From: a bacterium
GTDB taxonomy: Bacteria > Auribacterota > UBA3054 > JAPLST01
NCBI GenBank assembly: GCA_026417575.1
Contig: JAOACZ010000128.1
Coordinates: 5,127 to 69,126 of the forward strand
Reading direction: 5' to 3'
DNA: 64,000 nucleotides
The translations under genes were made by a program, and so were the position numbers. Below are positions 19,975-30,433 of this stretch, piece by piece (position 1 is the stretch's first letter; every line of letters starts with the position of its first letter). Below the pieces are notes generated by a model, which saw nothing but the letters and a program-made list of their open reading frames with translations, searched no databases and was not told where the DNA came from.

Positions 19975-21810
19975 CTAGTCTGCTTTTGCTGGCTCCAAGC
20001 GTGCGGGGCTCAACTTGTAGAGGGGAACATGCGCTTTAGCAGTCTGCATGCTCTTTCGGCATACTGCGTGTCTCCGTTGGAACGTGCGCATGAGCAGAAG
20101 GCAAACGCCACAGAGGAGCACGTGACCCGGCTCGGGGATATCGCCCACAAACACAGCGCTCATCGGCCCCCAGTTGCCCAGAGCGTCTTGACCGCGCACA
20201 TATACCAGCGCCTCCGGTCCGCCCAACATCGTGCTGTCCACATAGCCCACGACAGGTTCATAGACTGAGTCAAATGCTCCATCGGCGGCACTCATGGGAA
20301 TTGGCACCACCTGGGGATGAGTGAATGGAAGCAAAGCGCACTCTGCAGCGGCGACGAGATTGCTTCCCGTGCCGCGCTCGTCAATCACGGCCGAAACAAC
20401 AACCATGTTGCTCGGCGTCGGGACGAGTTCGAGCGCCAGCGCATCAGGCCCGGCAACTAACATGTATGGCGCGCGGGCGATCTTCGCAGCATAGATGAGA
20501 GCGCCGCGATTGGTCGGCCACTGGTCAGCATCAATGGCACTGTATGCCGGCATGAACGAAGTGCCCACTTCGAAGGTAAAGGCTGGAATACCGAGCTCGC
20601 CGTAGGCCCAATCCGTGCTATCACCGCTGGTCGAGTAAAGCGACGTACTGCTTTGACCAGCGCGGTAGCGATTGTAGCGTGCGAACTTTAATCCGATGGC
20701 GCGGAGCTCATTTGCATTCGGCGCTGGCGCGGCTGTGTCGCCCCACGGCCACAGGACGTAACGGCCGTAACTATGCAGCGAGATCAATAACCCGGTGGTG
20801 TTACTCGGGGCAGGGTCAGTGAGCAAAGGACCGCGCTGATCGGGAATCAGATTAGTTACCAACGCTTGCAGGGCGGCCACTTCCGGCTCTGACGCAGGGG
20901 CTGTTCCGCAGTAGACAAGACTACACGGAGCGGTGCTAATGCCGACGGTGCCCCAATGAAATGAGTGGTTGCGATTAAGGTCAATCCCATACTGGGCCCA
21001 GTCATCGGGTGGCCATGCGCTACAGCGATCCTGATGGGCATTTTTACGCTGCATGAAGGGCGGGCCATTAAAAGGCGGCAGCGTGCCGAGCGAGACGAGC
21101 CAATGTGCTTCGGGATTAACTAGTGGCACAATCCATGTTTCTTGTTCGTTGACAAGCCACGTGGCGTCTGGATCGTGTCCGTAGCCTTCAAGGAGCCAGT
21201 GCGCGAAGCGGATGGCCAATTCGGGCGTGGTAATTTCACGGGCATGAATTGCGGCCATCAGGAAGAAAACGGGCTTGGGGCCCGGCGTGTTGGTGGCGGT
21301 GATGCACAGGGCAAGCAGGTCATGCAACTCTTGTGTTTGCCCGCCTGGCGTTACGGTGCCACCTACTGACTTACAGTAGGCGTCGCCGTAATCAACGAGC
21401 CGAGCTAGGTGAGGGTAGGCAGCTGTCAGCGCGTTCAGGTGAGCGACAATCTCCTGCGCGGTTTTGTAGGCACCGTAAAACTCCTGCGGTGCGAAGCCCG
21501 CCGGCCGGCGCATAAAACGCGCCTGCGGGTGGGTTAGCTCGGCACTGCGTTCAGCGTCAATGCTCACACGCCATCCTTCGGCTTCCAGTTGAGCCAGCGT
21601 GCGGGGAGAGGCCGTGACGAGGACGTATCCCTCCTCGCGATCATTGAATTCATGCACATCGTAGCGTGCCACCAGGTCCTGCAACGCCGCCTCGGTCGGA
21701 TAATAGACGCGCGCCACGTAGAGCGGGGGCAGCTGTACGAGTTCTTGCTGCGCTGCAGCGACGAAGACGTTCAGGAGTAGGGCATAACCGAGGGCAAGGG
21801 AACACCTCAT
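19975..21810 (-). CDS. Secreted M14 zinc carboxypeptidase with a PEP-CTERM-like C-terminal signal
   Basis: Signal peptide MRCSLALGYALLLNVFVAAA and M14 motifs HAREITT and DLNRNHSFHWG. The C-terminus reads IPEPGHVLLCGVCLLLMRTFQRRH followed by about 30 further residues. Confidence 0.7.
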   Translation of the reverse strand: MRCSLALGYALLLNVFVAAAQQELVQLPPLYVARVYYPTEAALQDLVARYDVHEFNDREEGYVLVTASPRTLAQLEAEGWRVSIDAERSAELTHPQARFMRRPAGFAPQEFYGAYKTAQEIVAHLNALTAAYPHLARLVDYGDAYCKSVGGTVTPGGQTQELHDLLALCITATNTPGPKPVFFLMAAIHAREITTPELAIRFAHWLLEGYGHDPDATWLVNEQETWIVPLVNPEAHWLVSLGTLPPFNGPPFMQRKNAHQDRCSAWPPDDWAQYGIDLNRNHSFHWGTVGISTAPCSLVYCGTAPASEPEVAALQALVTNLIPDQRGPLLTDPAPSNTTGLLISLHSYGRYVLWPWGDTAAPAPNANELRAIGLKFARYNRYRAGQSSTSLYSTSGDSTDWAYGELGIPAFTFEVGTSFMPAYSAIDADQWPTNRGALIYAAKIARAPYMLVAGPDALALELVPTPSNMVVVSAVIDERGTGSNLVAAAECALLPFTHPQVVPIPMSAADGAFDSVYEPVVGYVDSTMLGGPEALVYVRGQDALGNWGPMSAVFVGDIPEPGHVLLCGVCLLLMRTFQRRHAVCRKSMQTAKAHVPLYKLSPARLEPAKAD

Positions 21811-22000
21811 ACTCCTAGTATACCACTATTACGTGGTGAATTGTTAGCGCGAGAGCAGGGTGTACCGTGAGGCGTGGTTAGGCTGTGCGTGTGTGGAGGC
21901 GCTGAGCGCTAGGCTGGCGACACTGTTTGCAGCGGCGCGTGCGGAGGAGCCAAAAGCGCGTTTAGCCCTGGCGTAATGTTTCCGTCGAGCGGAAACGCGG

Positions 22001-22029
22001 TTGCACTTTTGAGAGACTTTGAGTATAAT
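22001..22029 (+). promoter_or_regulatory. Consensus sigma70 promoter for uvrD/pcrA
   Basis: TTGCAC (22001-22006), 17-nt spacer, TATAAT (22024-22029). The first ATG downstream is at 22057. Confidence 0.6.
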
Positions 22030-22056
22030 TTGCTAGTTGAAGATAGGTATACTGCA

Positions 22057-24282
22057 ATGAGCGCTAGGCATACCCGACAAGGAGGGAGCATCTCCGTGGG
22101 CGGCACGTCACGTGTTGTCGGGGTGGATTTTCGCGCGGCGCTGAATGAGGTGCAATATGAGGCAGTAACGCACGGGGAGACGCCGTTATTAGTTGTCGCC
22201 GGAGCGGGCAGTGGCAAGACGCGGATACTGACGTATCGTGCGGCTTACTTGGCGGCGCAAGGGGTGCCGCCGGAGCAGATCTTGGCCGTCACTTTTACGA
22301 ATAAGGCGGCGGATGAGATGGCACGGCGGGTACACCAGCTTGTGAATGCGCGTGTTCCTGTGTCAACGTTTCACTCGTTGTGCCTACGGATGTTGCGCGA
22401 GCAGAGTGCGCGGATTCCGTATAGGCCCAACTTCGTGGTGTACGATAAGAGTGACCAGCTTGCGCTGATCAAGGAATGCATGCGACGTGTGCATGTTTCG
22501 GAGAAACACGCCAAGCCGCGTGCGTTTGCGAATGCCATCAGTCGTGCGAAGGATCGTTTGCTTGATGCAGCCCAATTTGGCGCGACGGTAAAGAGCTATT
22601 TAGAGGAAGCGGTTGCGCTGGTGTACCGGGAGTATGAGCAGGCGTTGCAGCGGGCGAACGCGATGGATTTTGACGATTTGATCATGCAATGCGTGCGGTT
22701 GTTGGAGCGGGTACCGGAGGTAGCGCAGTATTATCAGCAACGTTACGCGCACGTACTTGTGGACGAATTTCAAGACACGAACTACGCGCAGTACGTGCTG
22801 ATGAAGATTCTTGTGGCACCGCATCGGCGAGTAAGTGCGGTGGGAGACCCGGACCAGTCTATTTACCGCTTTCGCGGGGCAGAGATCCGGAACATTCTTG
22901 ATTTCGAGCGTGACTTTCCCGAGGCGCGGGTGATCACGCTGGAACAGAATTACCGGAGCACGGCGACGATTCTTGCCGCGGCCAACCGGGTCATCGCGCA
23001 CAATGTGGAGCGCAAGGAAAAAAGACTGTGGACACAGAATCCGGCAGGTGTGCCGGTGCAAGTATACCGCGCAGCGGACGAACATGATGAGGCGCGCGAG
23101 GTGGCGGCGCGTATACAGGCATTGGAACGAAATGGTGCGATTCGTTCGCTGCGCGATGTGGTGGTGTTTTATCGTGTGCATGCGCTTTCGCGCGTGTTTG
23201 AGGAGGCGTTTCGGCACGCACGTTTGCCGTACGTGATTGTGGGGGATGTAAGCTTTTATCAGCGGCGCGAAATAAAGGACATTGTGGCCTATTTGCGCGT
23301 GCTGGTGAATCCTGCAGACGACGTAAATGTGCGGCGGGTGTTGAACGTGCCGCCACGGGGGATTGGGGAAGCGACGGAGGAGATGATTGCGGAATGTGCG
23401 CAAGCGCGAGGGTGCTGCTTTTACGCGATGTTGGAGCAACCGGAGCAGTTGCCGCGGATGACGCCGACGTTGCGGCGGCGGTTACAAGAATTCACGGGGA
23501 TGATCGCACGCCTGCGCGCGGCGCGCGGGGAGGCGTTGCCGACGGAGCTGATTCGGCGGGTGCTGGACGAGACGAACTACATCGCGCAGATGTGCGGCTC
23601 CGATGATGTGCAGGATGTGGCGCGGCGAGAGAATATTCAGGAATTTCTCTCTGCGGCTGCAGACTATGAGAATAGCTGTCCGGAAACGGTGGCATCGCTC
23701 GAGGGCTTTTTGCATTCGATTGCCCTCACGGCGGAAATTGACACCTGGAACGACAGCGCTGACGCGGTGACGTTGATGACGATTCACAATGCCAAGGGGC
23801 TAGAGTTTCCGGTTGTCTTCATGGCGGGGCTGGAAGAGGATTTATTTCCGCACTACAACTCGCTGGAAGATCCTACGGACATTGAGGAAGAGCGGCGGTT
23901 ATGTTACGTTGGCATGACACGTGCGCAGGAACGGCTGATTTTGACCACGGCGGCACATCGGACTATTTTTGGGCTGCGCAAGGTGCGTGAACCTTCGCGT
24001 TTTTTGAGGGAATTGCCGGCGGAGGACGTTGAAACGACGTACAGTACGCAGCATGAGTTGATCAGCGCGCCAGAACCGCGGGCGCGGGTGTCACGTGCCA
24101 CGCCTGGCACAAATGGCGAGTACACGGCGGGAATGCGTGTGATGCATCATGTGTTTGGTCCGGGGCGGATCGTGTCTGTATGCGGCTCGGGCGACGCGGC
24201 GCGCTTAACGATCGAGTTTGAGCGCCTGCCGACGCCGAAGGTGCTTGTGGCGCAGTACGCGAAATTGCGGGTGGTAAAATGA
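22057..24282 (+). CDS. uvrD: ATP-dependent DNA helicase UvrD/PcrA
   Basis: Motifs LLVVAGAGSGKTRIL, VLVDEFQDTN and QNYRST plus full C-terminal UvrD-like domains. Start set at the ATG at 22057 because the promoter lies inside the track's 5'-extended ORF. Confidence 0.8.
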   Translation: MSARHTRQGGSISVGGTSRVVGVDFRAALNEVQYEAVTHGETPLLVVAGAGSGKTRILTYRAAYLAAQGVPPEQILAVTFTNKAADEMARRVHQLVNARVPVSTFHSLCLRMLREQSARIPYRPNFVVYDKSDQLALIKECMRRVHVSEKHAKPRAFANAISRAKDRLLDAAQFGATVKSYLEEAVALVYREYEQALQRANAMDFDDLIMQCVRLLERVPEVAQYYQQRYAHVLVDEFQDTNYAQYVLMKILVAPHRRVSAVGDPDQSIYRFRGAEIRNILDFERDFPEARVITLEQNYRSTATILAAANRVIAHNVERKEKRLWTQNPAGVPVQVYRAADEHDEAREVAARIQALERNGAIRSLRDVVVFYRVHALSRVFEEAFRHARLPYVIVGDVSFYQRREIKDIVAYLRVLVNPADDVNVRRVLNVPPRGIGEATEEMIAECAQARGCCFYAMLEQPEQLPRMTPTLRRRLQEFTGMIARLRAARGEALPTELIRRVLDETNYIAQMCGSDDVQDVARRENIQEFLSAAADYENSCPETVASLEGFLHSIALTAEIDTWNDSADAVTLMTIHNAKGLEFPVVFMAGLEEDLFPHYNSLEDPTDIEEERRLCYVGMTRAQERLILTTAAHRTIFGLRKVREPSRFLRELPAEDVETTYSTQHELISAPEPRARVSRATPGTNGEYTAGMRVMHHVFGPGRIVSVCGSGDAARLTIEFERLPTPKVLVAQYAKLRVVK

Positions 24283-24317
24283 GGTTGGAGGGTGCGCGGG
24301 GACGCACCTAGGCTGCC

Positions 24318-25562
24318 ATGTGCATGCTATCCGCGAGCGATCATCGGGTGAGCATCCAACCGTGTGCGACGTATGAGCGCGGACAAGTATTGGCGGCGCT
24401 GCGGGCGTGCTTAGGGCCATGGGGCGGGATGGGGGCGTTTGTGCGGGCGGGACAGCGAGTGCTGGTAAAGCCGAATTTGCTCATGGGAATAACACCGGCG
24501 GCGGCAGCGACGACGCATCCGGCAGTGGTTGATGCGGTACTGACGCTCGTGCGCGAAGTGGGTGGCGAGCCGATGGTGGGCGATAGTCCTGGGATCGGCG
24601 TGTTGGAACAGGTGATTGGGCCGACAGGAGTACGGGAGGTGATAGAAGAGCACGGGGCGGAGGTAGCCGATTTTACGCGCGAACAGGTGTTTGTCTGCGA
24701 GGACAATCTGATTGGCAAGCGCATTGCGTTGGCACGAGCACTCGCCCAGGCTGATGTGTACATCACGGTACCGAAGCTGAAAACACACGTGCAGTTGGTC
24801 CTGACGTGTGCGATCAAGAACCAGTATGGATTGATTCCGGGTGCGCGCAAAGGTGAATATCACATGCGCTTGCGGGATCGTGACACGCTGGCGGAGCTAC
24901 TGATTGATATTAATCGGATCGCGAAGCCGGCGCTGGGCATTGTGGATGCGATCGAGGCAATGGAGGGGGATGGGCCGAGTGGGGGGACACCACGGCACGT
25001 GGGATTGCTGCTTGCCGGCGCGGACATGACGGCGCTGGACGTGGTGGCAAGTGAACTGATCGGGTTAGACCCGGCGCACGTACCGACGATTCAGGCGGCG
25101 CGGCGGCGCGGGTATGGGGCGACATCACGGGCAGTTATTCAGGTGATTGGGCCGTGCTTAGAGGAGGTGCGTCCGGCAAGTTTTCGCCATGTAGGGCATT
25201 TGAAGGATATCCAATCGATTGTACCGGTACCGAAGTTTCTGCTGGGGTGGATACGGCGGCATTGGGCGCCGCGGCCGCGGATTGTGGCAGAGGCATGCAT
25301 TCGATGTTTTGCGTGTCGGAATGGGTGCCCGGTGCGGCCGCCGGCGATTGATCCGGCGCGGCCGGTGCGGCAACAAGTGGACGACCGGACGTGTATTCGT
25401 TGTTATTGCTGTCATGAGTTTTGCCCGGCGCATGCGATCGTATTGAAGCGGACGTGGTTAGCGCGGGTGATTTCTTTTACGCGGGTATTGGATTGGGTGG
25501 CGCGGCATTTGGGGCGCGTCGTGCAGTTGGTGGTGCGCCTGCGAGGGCCGGCGCATGTCTAG
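24318..25562 (+). CDS. DUF362-domain protein with a C-terminal 2x[4Fe-4S] ferredoxin module
   Basis: VLVKPNLL (DUF362 hallmark) and two CxxCxxCxxxCP motifs (CIRCFACRNGCP; CIRCYCCHEFCP). Confidence 0.55.
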   Translation: MCMLSASDHRVSIQPCATYERGQVLAALRACLGPWGGMGAFVRAGQRVLVKPNLLMGITPAAAATTHPAVVDAVLTLVREVGGEPMVGDSPGIGVLEQVIGPTGVREVIEEHGAEVADFTREQVFVCEDNLIGKRIALARALAQADVYITVPKLKTHVQLVLTCAIKNQYGLIPGARKGEYHMRLRDRDTLAELLIDINRIAKPALGIVDAIEAMEGDGPSGGTPRHVGLLLAGADMTALDVVASELIGLDPAHVPTIQAARRRGYGATSRAVIQVIGPCLEEVRPASFRHVGHLKDIQSIVPVPKFLLGWIRRHWAPRPRIVAEACIRCFACRNGCPVRPPAIDPARPVRQQVDDRTCIRCYCCHEFCPAHAIVLKRTWLARVISFTRVLDWVARHLGRVVQLVVRLRGPAHV

Positions 25563-25613
25563 AGTCGGACGGGTCGGACGAGCTGGTCGGAGGAGTAAGG
25601 CGCACGTTGGGCT

Positions 25614-26618
25614 ATGAGGAGTGGGCGTGGCTGGGTGGTTGTGCGGTGTGGGGTGTACGTAGCTGTGGCGGGGTACGCGATGAGCTTGCTTGTGCGCATG
25701 CCTGGGGAGAGTTGGCGGCGGCCGCTTCCGCCGCTGACTGAGGTGCACGCTGCGCTGGCAGAAGCTCTGCATCGTGATGTGACTTATCTGGCTGGGGAAC
25801 TCGGGCCACGGCATGTGTGGCGACCGGAATATCTTGCAGCAGCACGTTCGTTTATCTCGGCGGCATTGAGCAACGCTGGGTTGATGGTGGCTCACTATGA
25901 CTATGTCGTGGTGTCAGTGACCTGCACGATTATTGAAGCCACGTTGCTTGGGCATAGGCGTCCAGAAGAGATCGTTGTAGTGGGGGCGCATTATGACACA
26001 ATCGAGGGAACACCTGGTGCGGATGATAATGCCTCAGGCGTAGCAGCATTGCTGGCGCTGGGTCGTTTGCTGGCATCACATCAGCCAGCGCGCACGATTC
26101 GGTTTGTGGCGTTTCCAAATGAAGAGCCGCCCTTTTTTCAAACCCGCGAGATGGGGAGCAGAGTGTACGCGGCACTGTGCCGGGGACGGGGCGACAGAAT
26201 ACAAGCCATGCTGGCACTTGAGATGCTGGGCTACTACAGCGAGAAGGAAGGTTCACAGGGATTTCCGCCGCTGTTGGGGCCATTCTTGCGTCCGTGGTAC
26301 CCATCGCGGGGAAATTTTGTCGGGTTTGTAAGCAATCTTCGCTCGCTGTGGCTGCTACGGCGCGTGGTGGGAACGTTTCGCCGTGCGGCAGAGATGCCTG
26401 CAGAAGGCGCGGTCTTACCAACGGTGCTAAGTGGCTTGTCCGACAACTGGTCGTTTTGGCAAGAAGGGTATCCCGCAGTGATGGTGACCGACACGGCTAT
26501 GTTTCGTAACCCTCACTATCACTTGGCGAGCGATCTTCCTGAGACGTTGGATTACGAACGTATGGCACGAGTGGTCGGCGGTTTAGAAGTGGTGGTCCGT
26601 GCGTTAGCCAACGAGTAG
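25614..26618 (+). CDS. M28-family aminopeptidase; start codon uncertain
   Basis: VVVGAHYDTIEGTPGADDNASGVAALLAL (Zn ligands) and FVAFPNEEPPFF. Confidence 0.6.
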   Translation: MRSGRGWVVVRCGVYVAVAGYAMSLLVRMPGESWRRPLPPLTEVHAALAEALHRDVTYLAGELGPRHVWRPEYLAAARSFISAALSNAGLMVAHYDYVVVSVTCTIIEATLLGHRRPEEIVVVGAHYDTIEGTPGADDNASGVAALLALGRLLASHQPARTIRFVAFPNEEPPFFQTREMGSRVYAALCRGRGDRIQAMLALEMLGYYSEKEGSQGFPPLLGPFLRPWYPSRGNFVGFVSNLRSLWLLRRVVGTFRRAAEMPAEGAVLPTVLSGLSDNWSFWQEGYPAVMVTDTAMFRNPHYHLASDLPETLDYERMARVVGGLEVVVRALANE

Positions 26619-26772
26619 GGTGGATGTGCCGCTATCGCATGGTGGGAGGGCGCGCGCAAACACTTGGGCGGGAGGGGACCGAACCGAGAAAATGTTATAC
26701 TAGGTGTGGGCGCAACATAAGCCCAAGGCACGCTCTTGTCCTACCGTTGTGTCACACACTCAAGGATCTGCC

Positions 26773-28779
26773 ATGAAAATGCAGCTTTTGCGGTGGTTGC
26801 GAGATGCTTCTCTCTGTGGCGTCGCGTTGGTCTTCTGCTTTATCCTCAACGATAATAGCCTTGCGGCGCCAGTGAGCACGCCGCAGGCGTATACAGCTGC
26901 GCTGAGCTTTGTGTGCCTGCGTTTTCCGGCACGGCCCGGGGCGGCGGTGCGCAGTATCACGGCACGAGGGCGTTCGGCCCTGGGGATTGCACGAGTGGGG
27001 CGCATGCGGGGTTCTGGGGGGCGCACGATCGCGTTTCTCGCGCAGTTGACACCGCGAGGTTTTGTCCTTTTGCGTGCGGATGACGAGCTCCCTCCGCTCA
27101 AGCTGTACAGCGACACGACGATGTTTGAGAATCTGCCTGGATGGGCGCGGAGGGTGGTGGCCGAGGAGTTAGAGGAGGAGCTCCTGGAACTTTTGCGACG
27201 ACGGACCGGGGGCGTGGTGCGGGTGCGCTCATTTACTGGCGCGTGGCAGGCGTTAGCTGGGAACGCGGGGGAGAACGGGGCTCATGGTACTGAGGAGTGG
27301 GTGGGGGCAGCGGCGGTGGGGCCGTTGTTATCGACGGCGTGGGATCAAGGTGACCCGTACAACCTGCACATGCCAACGGTAAGTGGGGCACCGAGTGGCT
27401 ATGGTGGTCGTGCGCCGGCGGGGTGCGGAGCGATCGCGTTAGCACAAATTTTGCGTTATCATACGAAACCCGCCCAGATTGCGAGTGACGAGACGTACAC
27501 AGACAATAATGGCTCGTGTCGCGGCACGCATTCGGCGAGCAAGGCTGGCCTGACACCGTATGATTGGGCGAATATGCCTGCAAGCGTGACATCGGGAAGT
27601 TCTGCGGTGCAGAAGAACGCGGTGGCGCAGCTGATTTGGCATTGTGCCGTTGCCCTGCATATGGACTTTGAAGCGAACGGGAGCGGGTCGTCGACCAGCG
27701 CGGCGGTGAGTGCCTTACGTACACTTTTTGGTTACACGTGCGACAACTACGTGACCCGTAGTGGGTTCAGTGATAGCGCATGGTTTGCCAAACTGAGCAA
27801 CGATATCAACGCGGCCAAACCGGTAGAGTATGTAATTACCTCGAGTGAGGGTGGTCACATGGTAGTGTGTGATGGGGTGACAGGGACGAGTCAGATTCAC
27901 CTCAATTTTGGGTGGGGAACGTTTTTGCCTGGCGCGACCGCGTGGTACGATTTGAACAGTATCGTCGCGGGCGGCTCGACGTGGACGACGCATGGTGCGA
28001 TTTTCAACATTACGCCGCCGACGAGCGGCACAGCGCCGACGGTTACGGCTTTTAGCATCAACAATGGGGCGGCATCTACGTCCACGCGTACGGTAAGCTT
28101 GAACAATACGTGTAGCGGATCGCCGACAGAGTATATGGCAAGTGAGAGCAGCAGTTTTTCTGGGGCGAGCTGGCTGCCGTACAGTCCAGCGCCCAGTTTC
28201 ACGCTGAGCAGCGGCAATGGGACGAAAACGGTGTACTTTAAGGTACGAAATTCATTTGGCACGTCGAGTGCGGCGGCGGACACGATTACGCTCAATGAGA
28301 GCAGCTATCCGCCTCTGGTGGTTTTGCGGATGCGGGAGAAGATCAATTGGGCCAAAGGGGGTGTGGGGTCGGGGGTGGTAAGCGTGGCGGTGCCGACAGC
28401 TTTGACGAGTTTGGCGTCCTTTCTCCCGTCGTACAGTGAGGTCATGCGCATTTCTGCGGATGGCACGCAGTGGTTGCTCTGCCCGAGCGGTGAGTTTATC
28501 AAGGCTGATAAAAACTACACCAAGTTAGTGTACTTTTCAAAGAGTGGCGCGTCGTTCCGTAAGACGGTAATGCGCCTCGCTGGGGGGTATTTGTTCATTA
28601 CGCGGACGCATGCGAATGCACTGAACCGCGAGTTTGGGTATCAGGTTACTTCAGCGGGGACGGCGGGGTGGCAACAAAAGACCGTGTATGTACGCGTGAA
28701 TTTCAGTGGTGTACAGGGGGAAGGTACGCACACGATTACGTATAAGACCGTAGACGGCCTGGTTACCACAATTAAGTGA
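26773..28779 (+). CDS. Secreted C10-family cysteine peptidase (streptopain/interpain-like) with additional C-terminal domains
   Basis: Start MKMQLLRWL (ATG 26773, AAGGA RBS, signal peptide). Catalytic Cys context GCGAIALAQILRYH matches streptopain GCVATATAQIMKYH. His context GGHMVVCDG matches GGHAFVIDG. Confidence 0.7.
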   Translation: MKMQLLRWLRDASLCGVALVFCFILNDNSLAAPVSTPQAYTAALSFVCLRFPARPGAAVRSITARGRSALGIARVGRMRGSGGRTIAFLAQLTPRGFVLLRADDELPPLKLYSDTTMFENLPGWARRVVAEELEEELLELLRRRTGGVVRVRSFTGAWQALAGNAGENGAHGTEEWVGAAAVGPLLSTAWDQGDPYNLHMPTVSGAPSGYGGRAPAGCGAIALAQILRYHTKPAQIASDETYTDNNGSCRGTHSASKAGLTPYDWANMPASVTSGSSAVQKNAVAQLIWHCAVALHMDFEANGSGSSTSAAVSALRTLFGYTCDNYVTRSGFSDSAWFAKLSNDINAAKPVEYVITSSEGGHMVVCDGVTGTSQIHLNFGWGTFLPGATAWYDLNSIVAGGSTWTTHGAIFNITPPTSGTAPTVTAFSINNGAASTSTRTVSLNNTCSGSPTEYMASESSSFSGASWLPYSPAPSFTLSSGNGTKTVYFKVRNSFGTSSAAADTITLNESSYPPLVVLRMREKINWAKGGVGSGVVSVAVPTALTSLASFLPSYSEVMRISADGTQWLLCPSGEFIKADKNYTKLVYFSKSGASFRKTVMRLAGGYLFITRTHANALNREFGYQVTSAGTAGWQQKTVYVRVNFSGVQGEGTHTITYKTVDGLVTTIK

Positions 28780-30157
28780 TCTCACTGCCACGCAGGGTGG
28801 TTGCGCGCCGCTGCAAGCAGAGCAGGAGCAGCGCGGCGAGCACCGTTGGCAGGAACCCCTCAGGGACCGTTTCATAGCAGCCCATATCGACATGCTGGCC
28901 TTGAATGCGAGGCTGGTGGTCTAAGTCCCAGGGGAGGGCGGCGGCGGTGTCATCGCCTGCTTCAAGGCAGGGCGAATGTGCCTGAAGATGAAAGTTACCG
29001 GCGAGGCTGTTGACGAAGAGGGGCGGATTAGTGATGTTGCCTAGGCCGGTGAGGGCGATTGGTGTGCAGGAGTAATGGGCTTTGAGACCGCTGGTATTTA
29101 CTTCGGGGGAGGAGTTTTCATAGACGATGCTGTTGGTCAGCCCGCCGCCACCGATCCCGCCAGGATTGCCGTGATTGCGGGCAATGGTACAGTTGACGAG
29201 GGAACAGGCGGAGGCGCCGCCGAAGCCTTGGGCGGCCTCGTTATAGGCGAGGAGGCAGTTGTACAGGCGGGCGGCCGCGGCGCCGCCGGCGAAGTTGCTG
29301 TTACTGCTGATATTAGCGATAAAGCGGCAACGCTGGTAGGTACCGCCGCTGGCGCCGCCATGACCAAGTAGGCTGACGTTGCTCGCGATGAGGGAATCGA
29401 AGGCGAACGTATTCAACGTGCCCGCGGCGGTGCTAGCGCGGTTCGCGGTGACGATGCAGTTACTTATGAAGCTGGCATCGGCGCCGCCCCCTGCCAGGGA
29501 TTCATTTTCGCTGATGAGGCAGTTTTGCGCGGTAACAGAGTAGCATCCGCCACCGCCACTGGCGGGGCTGTTTTGGCCGCGGGCGAAATTGCCGGTGAGG
29601 ATGCAGTCTGCGAGGTCACTGAAGGCCGCGCCGCCACCAAAACCGACTGAGCCGGTGTTGGCAGTATTTTTGATAATGCGGCAGTTGCGGACGGTGCCGT
29701 AGTAGACGCCTCCGCCGCGTGCGGCGCCGCGGTTGTGTGCAAGTACGCAGTGACGAATCAGCGGGTTGGTGCTGGCACATTCTATGCCCGCGCCGAACCC
29801 GCTGTAGAAGAAATTGCTGACCGTGAAGGCAACGAAGGTACCGTTGTTGCTGCCGAGGTACACGCCGCCGATATAGGTGAAGGGCCTGGGGGTGATGACC
29901 GTCCATGCAGCACCGAAAGCGCCGCTGACAGTGAGCTGGTTGGTAATAATGAGCCTGGCGGCAAGGCGATAGATGCCGCTGTAGACCAGGACGAGATCGT
30001 TTGGCATAGCGAGGTCTACCGCTGATTGAATGTTCGTGGCGGCGCCGGCCCAGCCATTCGTAAATGGTGGGATGTGGGCACCGTGTAAGGCGACGTAGCG
30101 AGTTGTTGCGGAGAGTGGCAGCACTGCGAGCAGGCAGAAGAAGACGTAGCGTTTCAT
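28772..30157 (-). CDS. Secreted right-handed parallel beta-helix (pectate-lyase-like) repeat protein with a PEP-CTERM-like tail
   Basis: Signal peptide MKRYVFFCLLAVLPLSA and many Gly/Asn-rich beta-helix rungs. The C-terminus reads VPEGFLPTVLAALLLLCLQRR plus 10 further aa. It overlaps the C10 gene convergently by 8 bp. Confidence 0.6.
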   Translation of the reverse strand: MKRYVFFCLLAVLPLSATTRYVALHGAHIPPFTNGWAGAATNIQSAVDLAMPNDLVLVYSGIYRLAARLIITNQLTVSGAFGAAWTVITPRPFTYIGGVYLGSNNGTFVAFTVSNFFYSGFGAGIECASTNPLIRHCVLAHNRGAARGGGVYYGTVRNCRIIKNTANTGSVGFGGGAAFSDLADCILTGNFARGQNSPASGGGGCYSVTAQNCLISENESLAGGGADASFISNCIVTANRASTAAGTLNTFAFDSLIASNVSLLGHGGASGGTYQRCRFIANISSNSNFAGGAAAARLYNCLLAYNEAAQGFGGASACSLVNCTIARNHGNPGGIGGGGLTNSIVYENSSPEVNTSGLKAHYSCTPIALTGLGNITNPPLFVNSLAGNFHLQAHSPCLEAGDDTAAALPWDLDHQPRIQGQHVDMGCYETVPEGFLPTVLAALLLLCLQRRATTLRGSEIT

Positions 30158-30433
30158 GAGCGCCCTCGATCTGAGGGAGAAGTAGACCGCGCTCTCGAAG
30201 CAGAGAGCGTGGAGAGATCACCTTGTTTATGAACAGGATAGCATGTTTCAGGCAGTGAGAACAACTATCGAGGCGCGTGTCTGCCTGTGGACTGAATTAC
30301 GAGAAGGGCCGAGCATGGCACCCGACAGGCTTCCCGCGGTAGGACGAGAACGCGCGCAGCACTGCGGTACTCAATTTTAAGGAGGCGCGTGACAGTGCGT
30401 GGAAGCTGAATATGGTATAATCACAGTCCATGC

